A stretch of DNA of 64,000 nt from Terriglobia bacterium (GTDB lineage Bacteria; Acidobacteriota; Terriglobia; Bryobacterales; Bryobacteraceae): assembly GCA_963761935.1 (NCBI GenBank), contig CAVXJU010000096.1, positions 104,165 to 168,164 on the forward strand, written 5' to 3'. The position numbers and the translations under genes are program-made. This document shows positions 30,250 to 40,900 of this stretch, piece after piece. Below the pieces are notes generated by a model. That model saw nothing but the letters and a program-made list of their open reading frames with translations, was not told where the DNA came from and made no database searches. Position 1 is the first letter of the stretch. Each line of letters opens with the position of its first letter.

Positions 30250-30755
30250 TTAGGCTTAGGTTGCTGGCCGCTTGGCCGGCGCGCCAAAGTAAGAACCTTC
30301 AACAGGGGGTTGCCTCCCGTCTCGGGCCAGACGGTCTTGGAGTGCGATTTGTCGTCCACGCAGGTGTCGTAGACCTGCTTGACACCCTCGATCTTTCGCT
30401 GTTCGGCCTCGGCTTGCTCCCGCGTGGTTGGTCCAGCGAGTTTGAACACGTCATACAGGCGCGTGAATGGGCATTGGAAAGACGCAGCCCCGATGGTGAA
30501 ATAAGGACAAGCGTTCTTGGGCGCGCCGCTCGCGTTTCGGGGTTGATTCGGATCCTTGCGCGGTCGCAGGCCGATCGGTGGAATGCGGTGCTCGCCGCTC
30601 GAATCGGGTAACTGCTGAAAGTTCTGCACCACTTGCGCCACGAACGACGAGCCGCTGCCGGCGTCGGCGAAAGATTTCAGAGTTTGGAAGCATCCGTCGG
30701 CGATGGACCGCCGGATCTTGGCCGGTTGCATGCCCAAGTGAAGTGCAGAATTCAA
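30246..30755 (-). CDS. hypothetical ORF; either a separate gene or part of a 3' extension of the patatin gene
   Basis: Same frame as ORF 30765..31013, separated by a single TGA (30765-30767). No recognisable motifs. Confidence 0.3.
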   Translation of the reverse strand: MNSALHLGMQPAKIRRSIADGCFQTLKSFADAGSGSSFVAQVVQNFQQLPDSSGEHRIPPIGLRPRKDPNQPRNASGAPKNACPYFTIGAASFQCPFTRLYDVFKLAGPTTREQAEAEQRKIEGVKQVYDTCVDDKSHSKTVWPETGGNPLLKVLTLARRPSGQQPKPN

Positions 30756-30942
30756 AGGTGCCGTTCAAATGATCGGGACTGGACGGAAAAACCGGCAGGA
30801 CGCGCGGAATCCACGATGCTGTCCAGTAGCTTTTCCGATTCCGGCGCTGACGGCCGCGCCCGGAGCGTTCAGTAATCCGAGCAGTTCGCCTAATCTCGAA
30901 TGCACGGCTTCGGATGCGTTTTCGAAGCTGCGGATCTTCTGA

Positions 30943-33900
30943 TTATTTTCGAGCAGCTTGGTCCGCGCGTTGATGGCGAAAATGGTTTCGAAAGGGACTG
31001 TCGTTTTTTCCATCGTCCTTAGGATCGTTCTCCGGGTTCACATTCAGCGATCCGGCCAGGAACAGATCGGGGCAGGCGTGACGATGCGCCAGGAAATCGC
31101 GCGCGCTCAGCGTGGTGTTTTTAGTTTTGCGATATTCCGCCTGCACCTCCGACAGAATATCGATGGCGGGAAGGAACGGCAGGTTATCGAACATGCCGCC
31201 GTCGGAATAGCGCACGTCGATCGCGCCCTGGCCGGGTGTGACGTTACTCTGGCGGCGGGGAGCAAAGACGCACGGAAAAGCGCTCGAAGACAATCCCGCC
31301 TCTACGAAATCGTATGGGACGGCGTGATCGGCGGGACGGCGGCCGAGCAGGTGCGGGGTCTTACTACCAAGGTCGGTGGTGGTGGCGAAGAACGCGATGT
31401 CCTGGCCCTTTCTTACGCCCTGGTAGGGCTGCACGCAATTCAGATCGAGAAGCGGTGCGCCCAACAGCTGGCGCGCGGTTTGTTCCAGCAGCGAGGCGCC
31501 CATGATGGCGTAGCGAATATCCAAACGCTGCAAGCTCTCCTTGCGGAGTTGATAGAGGAATGAATAGGTGGCTTTGGTGACGTGCCCGGAGATCAGCTCG
31601 GCGGCGATCGAAGCGGTCCTTCGATGGGGAATCATGAAAATGTCGGAGATCGCATCCACCACGGCGGGGGGCGCGCCGGAGACGGCGAATCCGGGGTCGG
31701 AGCGCGCTCCTTTTCGCACTACACGCCGGATCTGGGCCGGGGATAGCTTCACGGAGCGGCCGCGGACGCCCAGTTCGCGCGACGCGCTCTTCAGTGTCTT
31801 GGTGAACGCAACTTTCTCGTCGACGTGCAGGAACACATCGGTGAGAGTCGTCAGGAGCGTCCATTTCTGATCGTCCGGCACGTTGAACAACGCGCCCAGC
31901 GCTCCGCCCATGAGGGTTCCCACCGATGCGCCTACGATGACATCCGGCCGGATTTTCGCCTGCACCAACGCGGCGATCATGCCGATGTGAAATGCTCCGC
32001 GGAAGACGCCGCCGCTGGCGACGAAGACGATACGCGGGTGCTCGGCCGACAATTGCGGGAAGCGCTGGAGCATGGTTTTATCGCCCGGCGCGAGTGGCTC
32101 TTCGTTGCGTGAAACGGAGCTGGTCTTGAACCAATCTCCTAACTGCTCCTGGCTGGGGCGGGTCAATTCGCCGGTGCAGCGCGCGCAGACCTCGGGGAGG
32201 CCGCAAGCTTGGGCCGCGGTCGCCGCACCGCCCCGAAGCTGGACCAACTGTTTTAGGAAATCCTGGCAGCTCACTTTGGTTCCCGCCGAGCCGCCGGCCG
32301 CGAGCGTGCGCCGGTATAAAGTCTGCAACGTGTGCCGGCAGCCGGAGGCAACCGCGTCCAGCGATTCGGTGCGTGTCGGGCTGATGGGATTGTCGAATGC
32401 CAGATCGTCATCGGGTGCGATTTCGTCGGCGAAGATGGGAAAAAACTTCTTACCGGCCACGTGGGCCGAAGCTTTTGGAGGCCTGGATGCGGCGCCGGGC
32501 GAATCGGACGAGGAAACCGGCTGCGGTCCTAAAGTCGCGGCGGATCCGGTAGAAGCCTGCGCCGCCGATCCTGCTCCAGCAGCAACAGCCGCGGCCTTCG
32601 AAATGGCCTCCTGCCGGTCCCGAATCTCCTTCTCCACCCGGCTCATGAAGTTGGTCTGCATGACCTCCAACTGCGTGTCCCTGCGCTTGGCCAGTTTGAG
32701 GCTGGCCATGCCGACGCTGACAATGTCGGTGCTCTCCTCGGCGATGGACTGGTTAGACTGAGCGCTCGGCAGTGGCACGCTGTAGATCACATGGATGGAC
32801 GGCTCATTCCCGTTGTCAGATAACGTCTCGGCCAGCGGTTCGCGTAATCGTAGAAAAGAGAAAAGCGCGGGCAGCGGATTCTCGCGCACGGCGCTGCCAT
32901 CCACCAGGTCCAACACTTTGGGGGCGACGGCTTTGCCAATCGGCTCGACATCGCGTTTCACCCATTGCATGATGTCATCGTGCTTAGTCAGACGTGTCGG
33001 CTCGAAGATGGGAACCTTGGTCAAGGCGGTTTTGAGAGAGTCCACCAGCGGCGATCCGATGGCGGCCCAGCGCTGGTCGGAACGGAGCGCCTTGCCGGTG
33101 CGGTCGCGAAGGGTATTCAGCCAGGAAGATACCAGCAGGATCTCCATGGGGTCTTTTTTGATGGTGCTGCGCTGGCCGTCCGGCTCGAAAATCTCGGTCA
33201 GCTTGCGGCGGAGGTGAAAATCGTCGATCACCGATTTCGTCAGGCCGGTATTCTGCAGCAATAGGTTCAGCAGCGCGGTCCCATTCGTGGCGATCAGTAC
33301 GCCGGCGAAGAGGAAGACGCCGGTTTCGAATATGAAAAATATCACGGCGAGAAGCAGGGAGGGGATGAAATCGAGTGCCGGCCAAAAGACATTGATGTTT
33401 TTGAGGAAGGGCTGAATGGGTTCCCAGAGCTGCTTGGAATTGATAATATTCGCCGCCGGCGCAGCGAGTGCGACGATCAGAGCGGCCAGGCCCAGCGCCA
33501 CGATCAGGAGCGGAATGAACGAAAGCAGCCAGATTTTCCAGCCGAACAGCGGCCGGCCCCACCACCGGATGCGCTGCTTCCACGGCTCCAATTCGTAGCG
33601 GTAGGAGAAGAACTGTGGCGCGAAGGTGACGTGGCGCGCGATCCCTCCGGTGAGGCGTACGGCCCAGAAGGCGAACATGATCCAACGGAGGAACCGCGGT
33701 CCGGGATAATTTTCCTTGGCCCGGACCCACATTACCGCGGTGCTGGTGGCGGTCTTGACCTTAACGGGCAGGCCTGCGATCCACTGGCCGAGCTTGACCA
33801 ACAAATATCGGCGGCGCCGCGCTTCCTTCTCGGCGGCCTGCAAATTTTCGGGCGTGGAGGTGTCCAGAATGGGTGGAAAATCGGCGAAAAAATCGGATTG

Positions 33901-34218
33901 ATCCGGAATCGCGTCCCAGAAAATGCTCAGCGGCTGATCCGACAATGCGGTGAGGTAGCGGCGAAACCAGGCCCAGCGCGCGGATTCCTCTTGTCCGGCC
34001 TTAGCGGACTGAAGCTCCTGATAGCAGCGCTGCATGGCTGCCGCCGAGAGCGCTCCCATGGAGATGCCGGCCGCGACTTGCGGGTTAGTGCGGCGGGCCG
34101 CCAGGTAGGCGTGAATGGTCCCGGCGCCGAACAGCGCGCCCGAGAATCCAGCCGTGAAGCAGACTGCGTCTTTGCCCTCACCGGCCAGTGTGTCTTTGAG
34201 TGCCGAATCGTCAGCCAT
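30943..34218 (-). CDS. 1091-aa membrane-embedded protein with two patatin-like phospholipase domains
   Basis: Domain 1: GFSGALFGAG, GISMG (S53, 34060-34062), DGSAVRENPLP (D440, 32899-32901). It is split by a hydrophobic block at about aa 178-320. Domain 2: SGGVFRG, GASVG (S765, 31924-31926), DGGMFDNLP (D1006, 31201-31203). Confidence 0.8.
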   Translation of the reverse strand: MADDSALKDTLAGEGKDAVCFTAGFSGALFGAGTIHAYLAARRTNPQVAAGISMGALSAAAMQRCYQELQSAKAGQEESARWAWFRRYLTALSDQPLSIFWDAIPDQSDFFADFPPILDTSTPENLQAAEKEARRRRYLLVKLGQWIAGLPVKVKTATSTAVMWVRAKENYPGPRFLRWIMFAFWAVRLTGGIARHVTFAPQFFSYRYELEPWKQRIRWWGRPLFGWKIWLLSFIPLLIVALGLAALIVALAAPAANIINSKQLWEPIQPFLKNINVFWPALDFIPSLLLAVIFFIFETGVFLFAGVLIATNGTALLNLLLQNTGLTKSVIDDFHLRRKLTEIFEPDGQRSTIKKDPMEILLVSSWLNTLRDRTGKALRSDQRWAAIGSPLVDSLKTALTKVPIFEPTRLTKHDDIMQWVKRDVEPIGKAVAPKVLDLVDGSAVRENPLPALFSFLRLREPLAETLSDNGNEPSIHVIYSVPLPSAQSNQSIAEESTDIVSVGMASLKLAKRRDTQLEVMQTNFMSRVEKEIRDRQEAISKAAAVAAGAGSAAQASTGSAATLGPQPVSSSDSPGAASRPPKASAHVAGKKFFPIFADEIAPDDDLAFDNPISPTRTESLDAVASGCRHTLQTLYRRTLAAGGSAGTKVSCQDFLKQLVQLRGGAATAAQACGLPEVCARCTGELTRPSQEQLGDWFKTSSVSRNEEPLAPGDKTMLQRFPQLSAEHPRIVFVASGGVFRGAFHIGMIAALVQAKIRPDVIVGASVGTLMGGALGALFNVPDDQKWTLLTTLTDVFLHVDEKVAFTKTLKSASRELGVRGRSVKLSPAQIRRVVRKGARSDPGFAVSGAPPAVVDAISDIFMIPHRRTASIAAELISGHVTKATYSFLYQLRKESLQRLDIRYAIMGASLLEQTARQLLGAPLLDLNCVQPYQGVRKGQDIAFFATTTDLGSKTPHLLGRRPADHAVPYDFVEAGLSSSAFPCVFAPRRQSNVTPGQGAIDVRYSDGGMFDNLPFLPAIDILSEVQAEYRKTKNTTLSARDFLAHRHACPDLFLAGSLNVNPENDPKDDGKNDSPFRNHFRHQRADQAARK

Positions 34219-34322
34219 CGGGGCGCCTCGACAGAGATTTCTAACTTATTTCAGAATTCTACTCGAAAAGATAATAAAAAAGAAGCCAATAATATGTCTT
34301 AAAAAATGGCGATGCGAATGGC

Positions 34323-34592
34323 TTAATCCAGCCCCAGTGGCTTCTTGGGCACTTGGTCGCGCTGCTTGCGCCACTTTTGCTGCATGCCGGTTACTTCCAC
34401 GAACACGACCACTAGCAGCAGGATCGACAGAATAATGCTGCCGGCCAGCCACATTCCGGACAGATCGCGCGGGTTGCCGGCCGCGCGCGACCACAGCACG
34501 GCGATGATGACCAGGCTGAGAACGATCCGCAAAATGCGGCGAGGCGATAAGCGCATAGGATCGCGCAAACCAGGGCGCGAATAAGGAATCAT
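34323..34592 (-). CDS. small 2-TM membrane protein upstream of the patatin gene
   Basis: Two hydrophobic helices (ILRIVLSLVIIAVLW, WLAGSIILSILLLVVVFVEV) and a basic tail. Start uncertain (34592 or 34556). Confidence 0.4.
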   Translation of the reverse strand: MIPYSRPGLRDPMRLSPRRILRIVLSLVIIAVLWSRAAGNPRDLSGMWLAGSIILSILLLVVVFVEVTGMQQKWRKQRDQVPKKPLGLD

Positions 34593-34636
34593 AGCAAGGC
34601 CGCAGGCTATAATTGAGACTCAGCCCGGGAGGACAG

Positions 34637-35938
34637 ATGGGCAAAATTCGCTACGCGGTTGGTGCGGCGGTGGTGGCTGCGGGATGGATGCTGGCGGCGG
34701 AGCTAGGCAAGGTGGACAGCAAAAACTTGCTGACCGGCCAGAGCGCGTTCGCCGACGCCCAGTCGCTCAAGCCGGGCACATTCCACAAGATCACCGCCAA
34801 CGATCTGCCCAAGCCCTTTGACACCAAATCCACACCCAATTTCCCGCGCGTCATTGCGCGGCCCGCGGACGCCTGGCCGCAGGCTCCGGTTGGATTCAAG
34901 GTGGAATTGTACGCCACCGGCTTCAACGAGCCTCGCCAGATTCGCGTGGCGCCCAATGGCGATTTCTTCATTGCCGAAAGCCGAGCGGGACAAATCAAAG
35001 TGGTTCGCGGGCGCGACAAAGAAGGGAAGGCGGAGCAGGTTTCCACTTTCGCCACCGGCCTGAGGCAGCCCTTCGGTGTGAATTTTTATCCGGCTGGGCC
35101 CAATCCGCAATGGGTTTATGTGGGCAATACCAACTCGGTGGTGCGCTTCCCCTATCACAACGGCGATCTCGAAGCGACCGGGCCGGCTGAAACTTTGATC
35201 AGCGACCTGCCCTCCGGCGGCAACCACTGGACGCGCGATCTGGTGTTCTCGAAAGACGGCCAGCGGCTGTTCGTGGCCGTCGGCTCGAACTCCAACATCG
35301 ACGATCCCGATACGCACGAGACGGAATTTCATCGCGCCAATATTCTGGAATACACGCCCGAAGGAAAATTCGCCGGCGTCTATGCGTCGGGAATTCGCAA
35401 TCCGGCGGGACTCGGCGTGAATCCGACCACCGGCGAGCTGTGGTGTTCGGTGAACGAGCGCGATGCGCTGGGCGATAACCTGGTTCCCGATTACATCACG
35501 CACGTCCAGCAGGGTGGTTTTTACGGCTGGCCGTTTTACTATATCGGCGGGCATCCGGATCCGCGGCTGAATGGCAAGCATCCGGAGCTGAAAGACAAAG
35601 TGATCGTGCCGGATGTTCTGTTGCAGCCGCACAACGCTTCGCTGGGGCTCACTTTCTACGAAGCTGAACAGTTCCCCAAGGAATATCGCGGCGATCTTTT
35701 TGCCAGCGAGCATGGATCCTGGAATCGCGCCGTGCGTTCGGGGTACGAAGTAGTGCGCGTTCCGCTGGAGAAAGGCCACGCGAGTGGGATTTACGAAGAT
35801 TTTCTGACCGGATTCGTCACCGCCGACGGCCAAGCCTGGGGGCGTCCGGTGGGTGTAGCGGTCGGCAAGGATGGCGCGCTGTATGTCACCGACGACGGCT
35901 CGCGGTCCATCTGGAGAGTCGGCTACACCGGCAAATAA
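34637..35938 (+). CDS. PQQ-dependent sugar (sorbosone/glucose) dehydrogenase-like beta-propeller
   Basis: Signal anchor; FNEPRQIRVAPNGDFFIAE, GIRNPAGLGVNPTTGELW, ERDALGDNLVPDY, FYGWPFYY. Confidence 0.85.
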   Translation: MGKIRYAVGAAVVAAGWMLAAELGKVDSKNLLTGQSAFADAQSLKPGTFHKITANDLPKPFDTKSTPNFPRVIARPADAWPQAPVGFKVELYATGFNEPRQIRVAPNGDFFIAESRAGQIKVVRGRDKEGKAEQVSTFATGLRQPFGVNFYPAGPNPQWVYVGNTNSVVRFPYHNGDLEATGPAETLISDLPSGGNHWTRDLVFSKDGQRLFVAVGSNSNIDDPDTHETEFHRANILEYTPEGKFAGVYASGIRNPAGLGVNPTTGELWCSVNERDALGDNLVPDYITHVQQGGFYGWPFYYIGGHPDPRLNGKHPELKDKVIVPDVLLQPHNASLGLTFYEAEQFPKEYRGDLFASEHGSWNRAVRSGYEVVRVPLEKGHASGIYEDFLTGFVTADGQAWGRPVGVAVGKDGALYVTDDGSRSIWRVGYTGK

Positions 35939-35965
35939 AGCCGCCGCTGCGGGCGGACGCTGCGC

Positions 35966-37852
35966 ATGAACAGCCTGCACGAATTACAACTCGTCAACAC
36001 GCTCGGGCATTCGGCCGGCGCCATCATTTTCGGAATTTTCCTATACTTGCTGCTGCATGACCGGGCTGGCACGCGCTTGCGCGGGAGTTGGCTTTCGGTC
36101 ACCGCCGCCAGTCTGGCTTTTCTTTGGAACGTCGGATCGCTGGCGGTTTTGATCACGCCTTCGAATCGTCCCGACGAGACCAGCCTGATCGTGTTTTTCA
36201 GCTTCTCGGTGCTCAGTCTTCTGCCCGCGGTGCTGTTGCATCTTTCGTTGACCGATGGCTTCGATCCGGTGGTGGCCGCGGGCTACTGCACCAGTGCGGT
36301 CGCCATCGGCATGCACCTGTGGGAATTGCTGCATCCCGGCCTGGGGTACCAGCGGAGGGCGCTATGGCTGATTACGGCAGGCTTTTCGGTGCTCACGACG
36401 ATCGCAGTGGTAAGGGTCGCCCTCCAAGCCGCCCCGCAGCGGCGCGCGAAGGCGTCCAGGATTATCGGAGCCATGTGCTCGGCCCTGTTCGCCATGTCGT
36501 TCGTGCATTTCGGATCCGGGCATCCGTCGGAAGTCTGGTCCAAGGAATTGGTCTTCCATCACGCCGGGATTCCGCTGGCTCTGTTCGTGTTGTTACAGGA
36601 CTACCGGTTCGTGCTCCTGGACGCGTTTGTGCGATTCCTGGCGAACGCGCTGCTGGCCGGGCTCGCGGTATTTCTCGCGATACGTCTGGCGCTCGGTTGG
36701 GTCACCTTGGATCCGCGCCTGTCCGGCAATCCGCTGTACGAGGCGCTCTTGCTGGTCGGTTTTTGCGTGCTGCTCATCGCTTTCGCGCTGCTACGCTCGG
36801 TGGCGCAGCGCTGGCTCACCAAGGTGGTGTTTCGCCGGGCGGATCTTGAGCGCAGGATTCGCGACATCCAATCGCGTGCGCCGTTGTTTCGCGATGAGCC
36901 CGAGTTTCTGCAATGGTCCACCGGAGAGTTGGCCGAATTCATGAGCGCCGAGCGCGTAGCGGAAGTTCCGCGCGAACGGCTGGAGCCGGTGCTGGACGGA
37001 CGAGATCCGCTATTTCCGGCGCCCGCGTCCGACGTGCCCCGGCTGCGCCATCTGGCTGAATACGAGTGGGTGGAAGCCATCGTTCCCCTGCGCCTGGCTC
37101 ATTCCGATGTGCGCTATGTTCTGCTGGGCCGGCGGCGTGGCGGGCGCCGCTACTTGAGCGAGGATCTGGCGTCCATCGGCCGCTTGGCTGCCGCGATCGT
37201 CGAACAAGTGGAGCGCTTCCGCGACACCGAGATGCGGCGGCTAGTCTCACAAGCGGAATTGCGCGCGCTGCAATCGCAAATCAATCCTCATTTTCTTTTT
37301 AACGCGCTGAACACGTTGTACGGAGTGATCCCGCGCGACGCCCCGCAAGCGCGCCAGACGGTGCTCAACCTGGCGGAGATTTTCCGCTACTTTCTGCAGT
37401 CCGAGAAGACCTTCATTCCGTTGTCCGAGGAACTGGAGATCGTCAAAGCATATTTGGAAATCGAACGCTTGCGGCTGGGCCCGCGCCTGGAGACTCGCAT
37501 TGCGATCGACGAAGCCGCGCTAGCGGTGCCGATTCCTATTCTCTCGATCCAACCGCTGGTGGAAAATGCGGTGAAGCACGGCTTGGCCGCGAAGGCCACT
37601 CCTGGGATTCTGCATTTGACCGCAGAGGCGACTGGAAACCAGGTGGTCATCACGGTGCGCGACACGGGTCCGGGCATGCACGCCAGAGAAAACGGCTCTA
37701 AGGATAATGGCTCGGGCGTGGGGCTGGCCAACGTCAGACGCCGGCTGCAGCTATGCTTCGGACCCGAGGCGGACCTGTACATCCAGTCCTCGCCGGCGGG
37801 CACGCGCGTGGAATTTGCAGTCCCGCTTGGCGCTCGCGCGGCCTCGGTTTAG
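35966..37852 (+). CDS. LytS/YehU-type sensor histidine kinase
   Basis: Multi-TM N-terminal half; His_kinase motif LRALQSQINPHFLFNALNTLYGVI; HATPase_c (ENAVKHG, DTGPGM). Confidence 0.85.
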   Translation: MNSLHELQLVNTLGHSAGAIIFGIFLYLLLHDRAGTRLRGSWLSVTAASLAFLWNVGSLAVLITPSNRPDETSLIVFFSFSVLSLLPAVLLHLSLTDGFDPVVAAGYCTSAVAIGMHLWELLHPGLGYQRRALWLITAGFSVLTTIAVVRVALQAAPQRRAKASRIIGAMCSALFAMSFVHFGSGHPSEVWSKELVFHHAGIPLALFVLLQDYRFVLLDAFVRFLANALLAGLAVFLAIRLALGWVTLDPRLSGNPLYEALLLVGFCVLLIAFALLRSVAQRWLTKVVFRRADLERRIRDIQSRAPLFRDEPEFLQWSTGELAEFMSAERVAEVPRERLEPVLDGRDPLFPAPASDVPRLRHLAEYEWVEAIVPLRLAHSDVRYVLLGRRRGGRRYLSEDLASIGRLAAAIVEQVERFRDTEMRRLVSQAELRALQSQINPHFLFNALNTLYGVIPRDAPQARQTVLNLAEIFRYFLQSEKTFIPLSEELEIVKAYLEIERLRLGPRLETRIAIDEAALAVPIPILSIQPLVENAVKHGLAAKATPGILHLTAEATGNQVVITVRDTGPGMHARENGSKDNGSGVGLANVRRRLQLCFGPEADLYIQSSPAGTRVEFAVPLGARAASV

Positions 37853-37901
37853 TTCATACTAGAAAGATCCCGCGCACGTCTTCTATAAGCCTGTTTTGTG
37901 C

Positions 37902-40900
37902 ATGTCGATACATAAATTCCTGTTCTTCTCGGGTGCGCTGCTCGCATTTTGCAGCACAGCGCGGCCCGCGGATTTCGCGCCGTCGCTCCAATGGGTGAAA
38001 ACGGCGGGTGGCAGCGGCTTGAGCACGGCCATCGCTGCCGCGGCGGATTCGAGCGGAAATCTCTACATCGCCGGAAATACTTCGTCGATTGATTTTCCGG
38101 CCGTATCCGCCGCTCAGCCGAATCCGGGCGGATCGCCGCTGGTACGAATTAATCCGGCCACGGGCGCCGCACAAAAATTGTATCCGCCGGGGTTGTCAAC
38201 TATCGGCAGCGTCGCCGCCGACCCGCAGAATTCGAATACGCTTTACGCCACGTCGGCCAATAGCATCTGGCGTAGCCCCGATGCCGGCTCTACCTGGACG
38301 TTGCTGTACTCGTTCGCATCTTCGATCCGCGTGGTATGCGTGGCGGTGGATCCGTCGAACAGCAACACTTTGTATGCCGGCACCGATAGCCAAGGCGTCT
38401 TCAAGAGTCTCGACGGAGGCCTCACCTGGACTGCGATCAACAATGGCATTCCGCCTGATAGCAGTGGGGCCACCGATGTCTACAATATCTGGATTGAGCC
38501 GCAACCGCCGAGTGTGATCCTGGGGGCTTCCGCCAACGGTATCGTGCGGAGCGCGGATGGCGGCGCCACCTGGACGGTGGTGCTGAAAACGGACGTCATT
38601 AATAACACCCTGGCTTTCGATCCGTTGAATGCCGGCACGGTTTACGTCGCGGAACCAACCGGCCCAATCGTCAAGAGCACCGACGGTGGGCTAACTTTTA
38701 CGGCATTGCCCTCGATGCCTGGCGGCGAAACGGTGACCGCGTTGATTGCCGATCCGCTGCACGCCGGGGTTCTGTACGCCAGCGTTGCTTCCAACATTTT
38801 CCAAAGCCTGGACGGCGGCGTCACTTGGACCGCTAAAGCCGCCGGATACGCTTATCTTCTGGCCGCCGATCCGAATCAGCCGGTGCTGTACGCCGACATA
38901 TTAAACGTTGGGATCGTGAAGTCCACCGACGGTTTCAACACCGTGTCGACGGTCGGCCCGCCCAACGCGTCGCTGATCCAAATGCTCGTGGCCGGAGGCG
39001 ATCTTCTGCTCGTGGTGGGGCCGAGCGACGACGTGTTCGTCCTCAAGCTCGATCCGAATGGCAACATCTTATACTCAACCTATTTTGGCGGCAGCGGCAA
39101 CGATATGACGGGAGCGCTGGCCGTGAGCGCGGACGGCAGCGTCTACGTCGCCGGTGTCACAGAGTCTCCGGATCTCCCAGTCACAGCCGGTGCATACGAA
39201 TCCTCGCCACCGTCGCCTTTCACGACATCGGACTTTATGGTCAAGTTGAATCCCGACGGATCGCTGGGCTGGGCGACGTATTTCGCCGATTCCCGCACTC
39301 AGGTGCAGGCCGTCGCTTTGGACTCCGCCGGGAATCCCTACGTATCCGGAATGAGCACAGGCGGTTTGCCAACTACGCCCGGCGCCTATCAGACCCAATT
39401 CCAGCAGTCGGAGACTTGCACCGGATTGATCGGTTGCATCCCGGGCCCCACGTCCGCGTTTGTAACCAAGTTCAACGCAGCCGGGTCAGGGCTGATTTAT
39501 TCCACCTACGTTTCCACCGACGGCAACCAGAACCCGGTCCAGGACGGAACGGCTCTGGCGGTGGACCCGAGCGGAGATGTTTATTTCGGCGGCCAAAATA
39601 TCGTTATCAAGTTGAATCCCACCGGCTCCGAGTTACTCGCCTCCGCGGGACAACCGGGTACTTCCATCTCAGCACTCGCTTTGGACGCGATTTCGAACGT
39701 CTACACCACCGGCATTGCGACCTATTCCTACAACGGCGCCAGCCCGAGCTTCGATTTTCCTTCCACTCCAATGGCGTTTGAACCTTCCCCCCAGCCGGCA
39801 ATTCCAGCGCTGCCCAATGAAGCTCCGGCGGGTGGAGGTTCGGACGCTTTCGTGGTGAAGTGGGACAGCGGCCTTTCGCAAATCGTGGCCGCAACGCTGC
39901 TGGGAGGCGAGCTGGCGGACTCCGGAGAAAGCATCGCCATCGACGGCGCCGGGAACGTGATCGTCAGCGGCTCCACCGATTCCAAGGCGTTTCCTACGCA
40001 CGCGCCATTTCAGGTCGCGTTCTCAGCGCGCGCCGGGTTTGTTGCTGAGCTTGACTCCAGCCTCTCGCATCTTCTTTTCTCGACGTACCTGGGAGACACG
40101 CGTGCCTTCGAGGCCCGCAGCGTTGTGCCGGACGGCCGAGGAAACGTTCTGGTGGCGGGGTCGACGCTCGAAACGGGCGACCTTTTTATCGGCGGGGATC
40201 CCGGCCAATCGTATAACTCCGGCGATCTGGTGGTGGCCAACAAGATTGCGCTGCCGCAGGCGCCCGCCGCGCGGCTCGATTCGGTGCAGAATTTCGCCGG
40301 CCGCATGGCCGCGCCCATCGCGCCTGGCGAACCCATCGTCGCGGTGGGCTCGGGCTTCGGCGCTGACGCGCAAATCTTCATTGACGGCGTACCGCTTTCG
40401 ACGGTCAGTGCCAGCGCGAATGCGGTGGTGGCCGTGATGCCGGATGATACCAAGACATCCGGGGCGCTCGCGATTGAAGTGGGGACTGGCGGCGCTTTCT
40501 CGAACGTGTTGTTGGCGCCTGCCGCGCCTGCCTCTCCGGGCATTTACTCGCTGGACGGCAGCGGTTTCGGCCAGGGATACATTCTGAACAGTGACGGGAC
40601 CTTGAATTCGCCCACCAATCCAGCTGCTGCCGGCTCGGCCATCACGATCTTCGCCGCGGGCCAGGGACCATACAGCCTTTCTGGAGGCTATGCGGTCACG
40701 GCACAAATGCCGTCCGTCTTCATCGACGGTTTCTACGCAAGCGGCATCGCGGCGGTGGCGGGACCGGTGGCCGGGCTGCCTGGCAACGTGTACCAGCTTG
40801 GCGTCTACGTCCCGGACCCGGCGCTACTGGCTAGCCAGAATCCGAATCTCATCAATTTTCAATTTCCTCCACAGGTCGGCGTCAAGCTCGTCATGGGCGG

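Noticed and set aside
30765-30767. In-frame TGA as selenocysteine or read-through codon
   Set aside because: TGA is used as an ordinary stop in neighbouring genes (blaI-like, dsbD-like). I saw no SECIS-like hairpin and there is no Cys-homolog context.
31001-31010. Programmed -1 ribosomal frameshift on the in-phase heptamer A AAA AAC in the patatin gene
   Set aside because: A -1 slip enters the third frame, not the frame of ORF 30765..31013, which needs +1. No downstream structure was noted. A simple homopolymer indel explains it better.
30943-34218. Patatin protein as a CBASS CapV-type effector
   Set aside because: No CD-NTase/cyclase, Cap2/Cap3 or other CBASS gene is within the window. The size and two-domain membrane architecture do not resemble CapV.
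34703-35980. 425-aa ORF antisense to the PQQ-dependent dehydrogenase
   Set aside because: Shadow ORF; the sense strand has textbook sugar-dehydrogenase propeller motifs.
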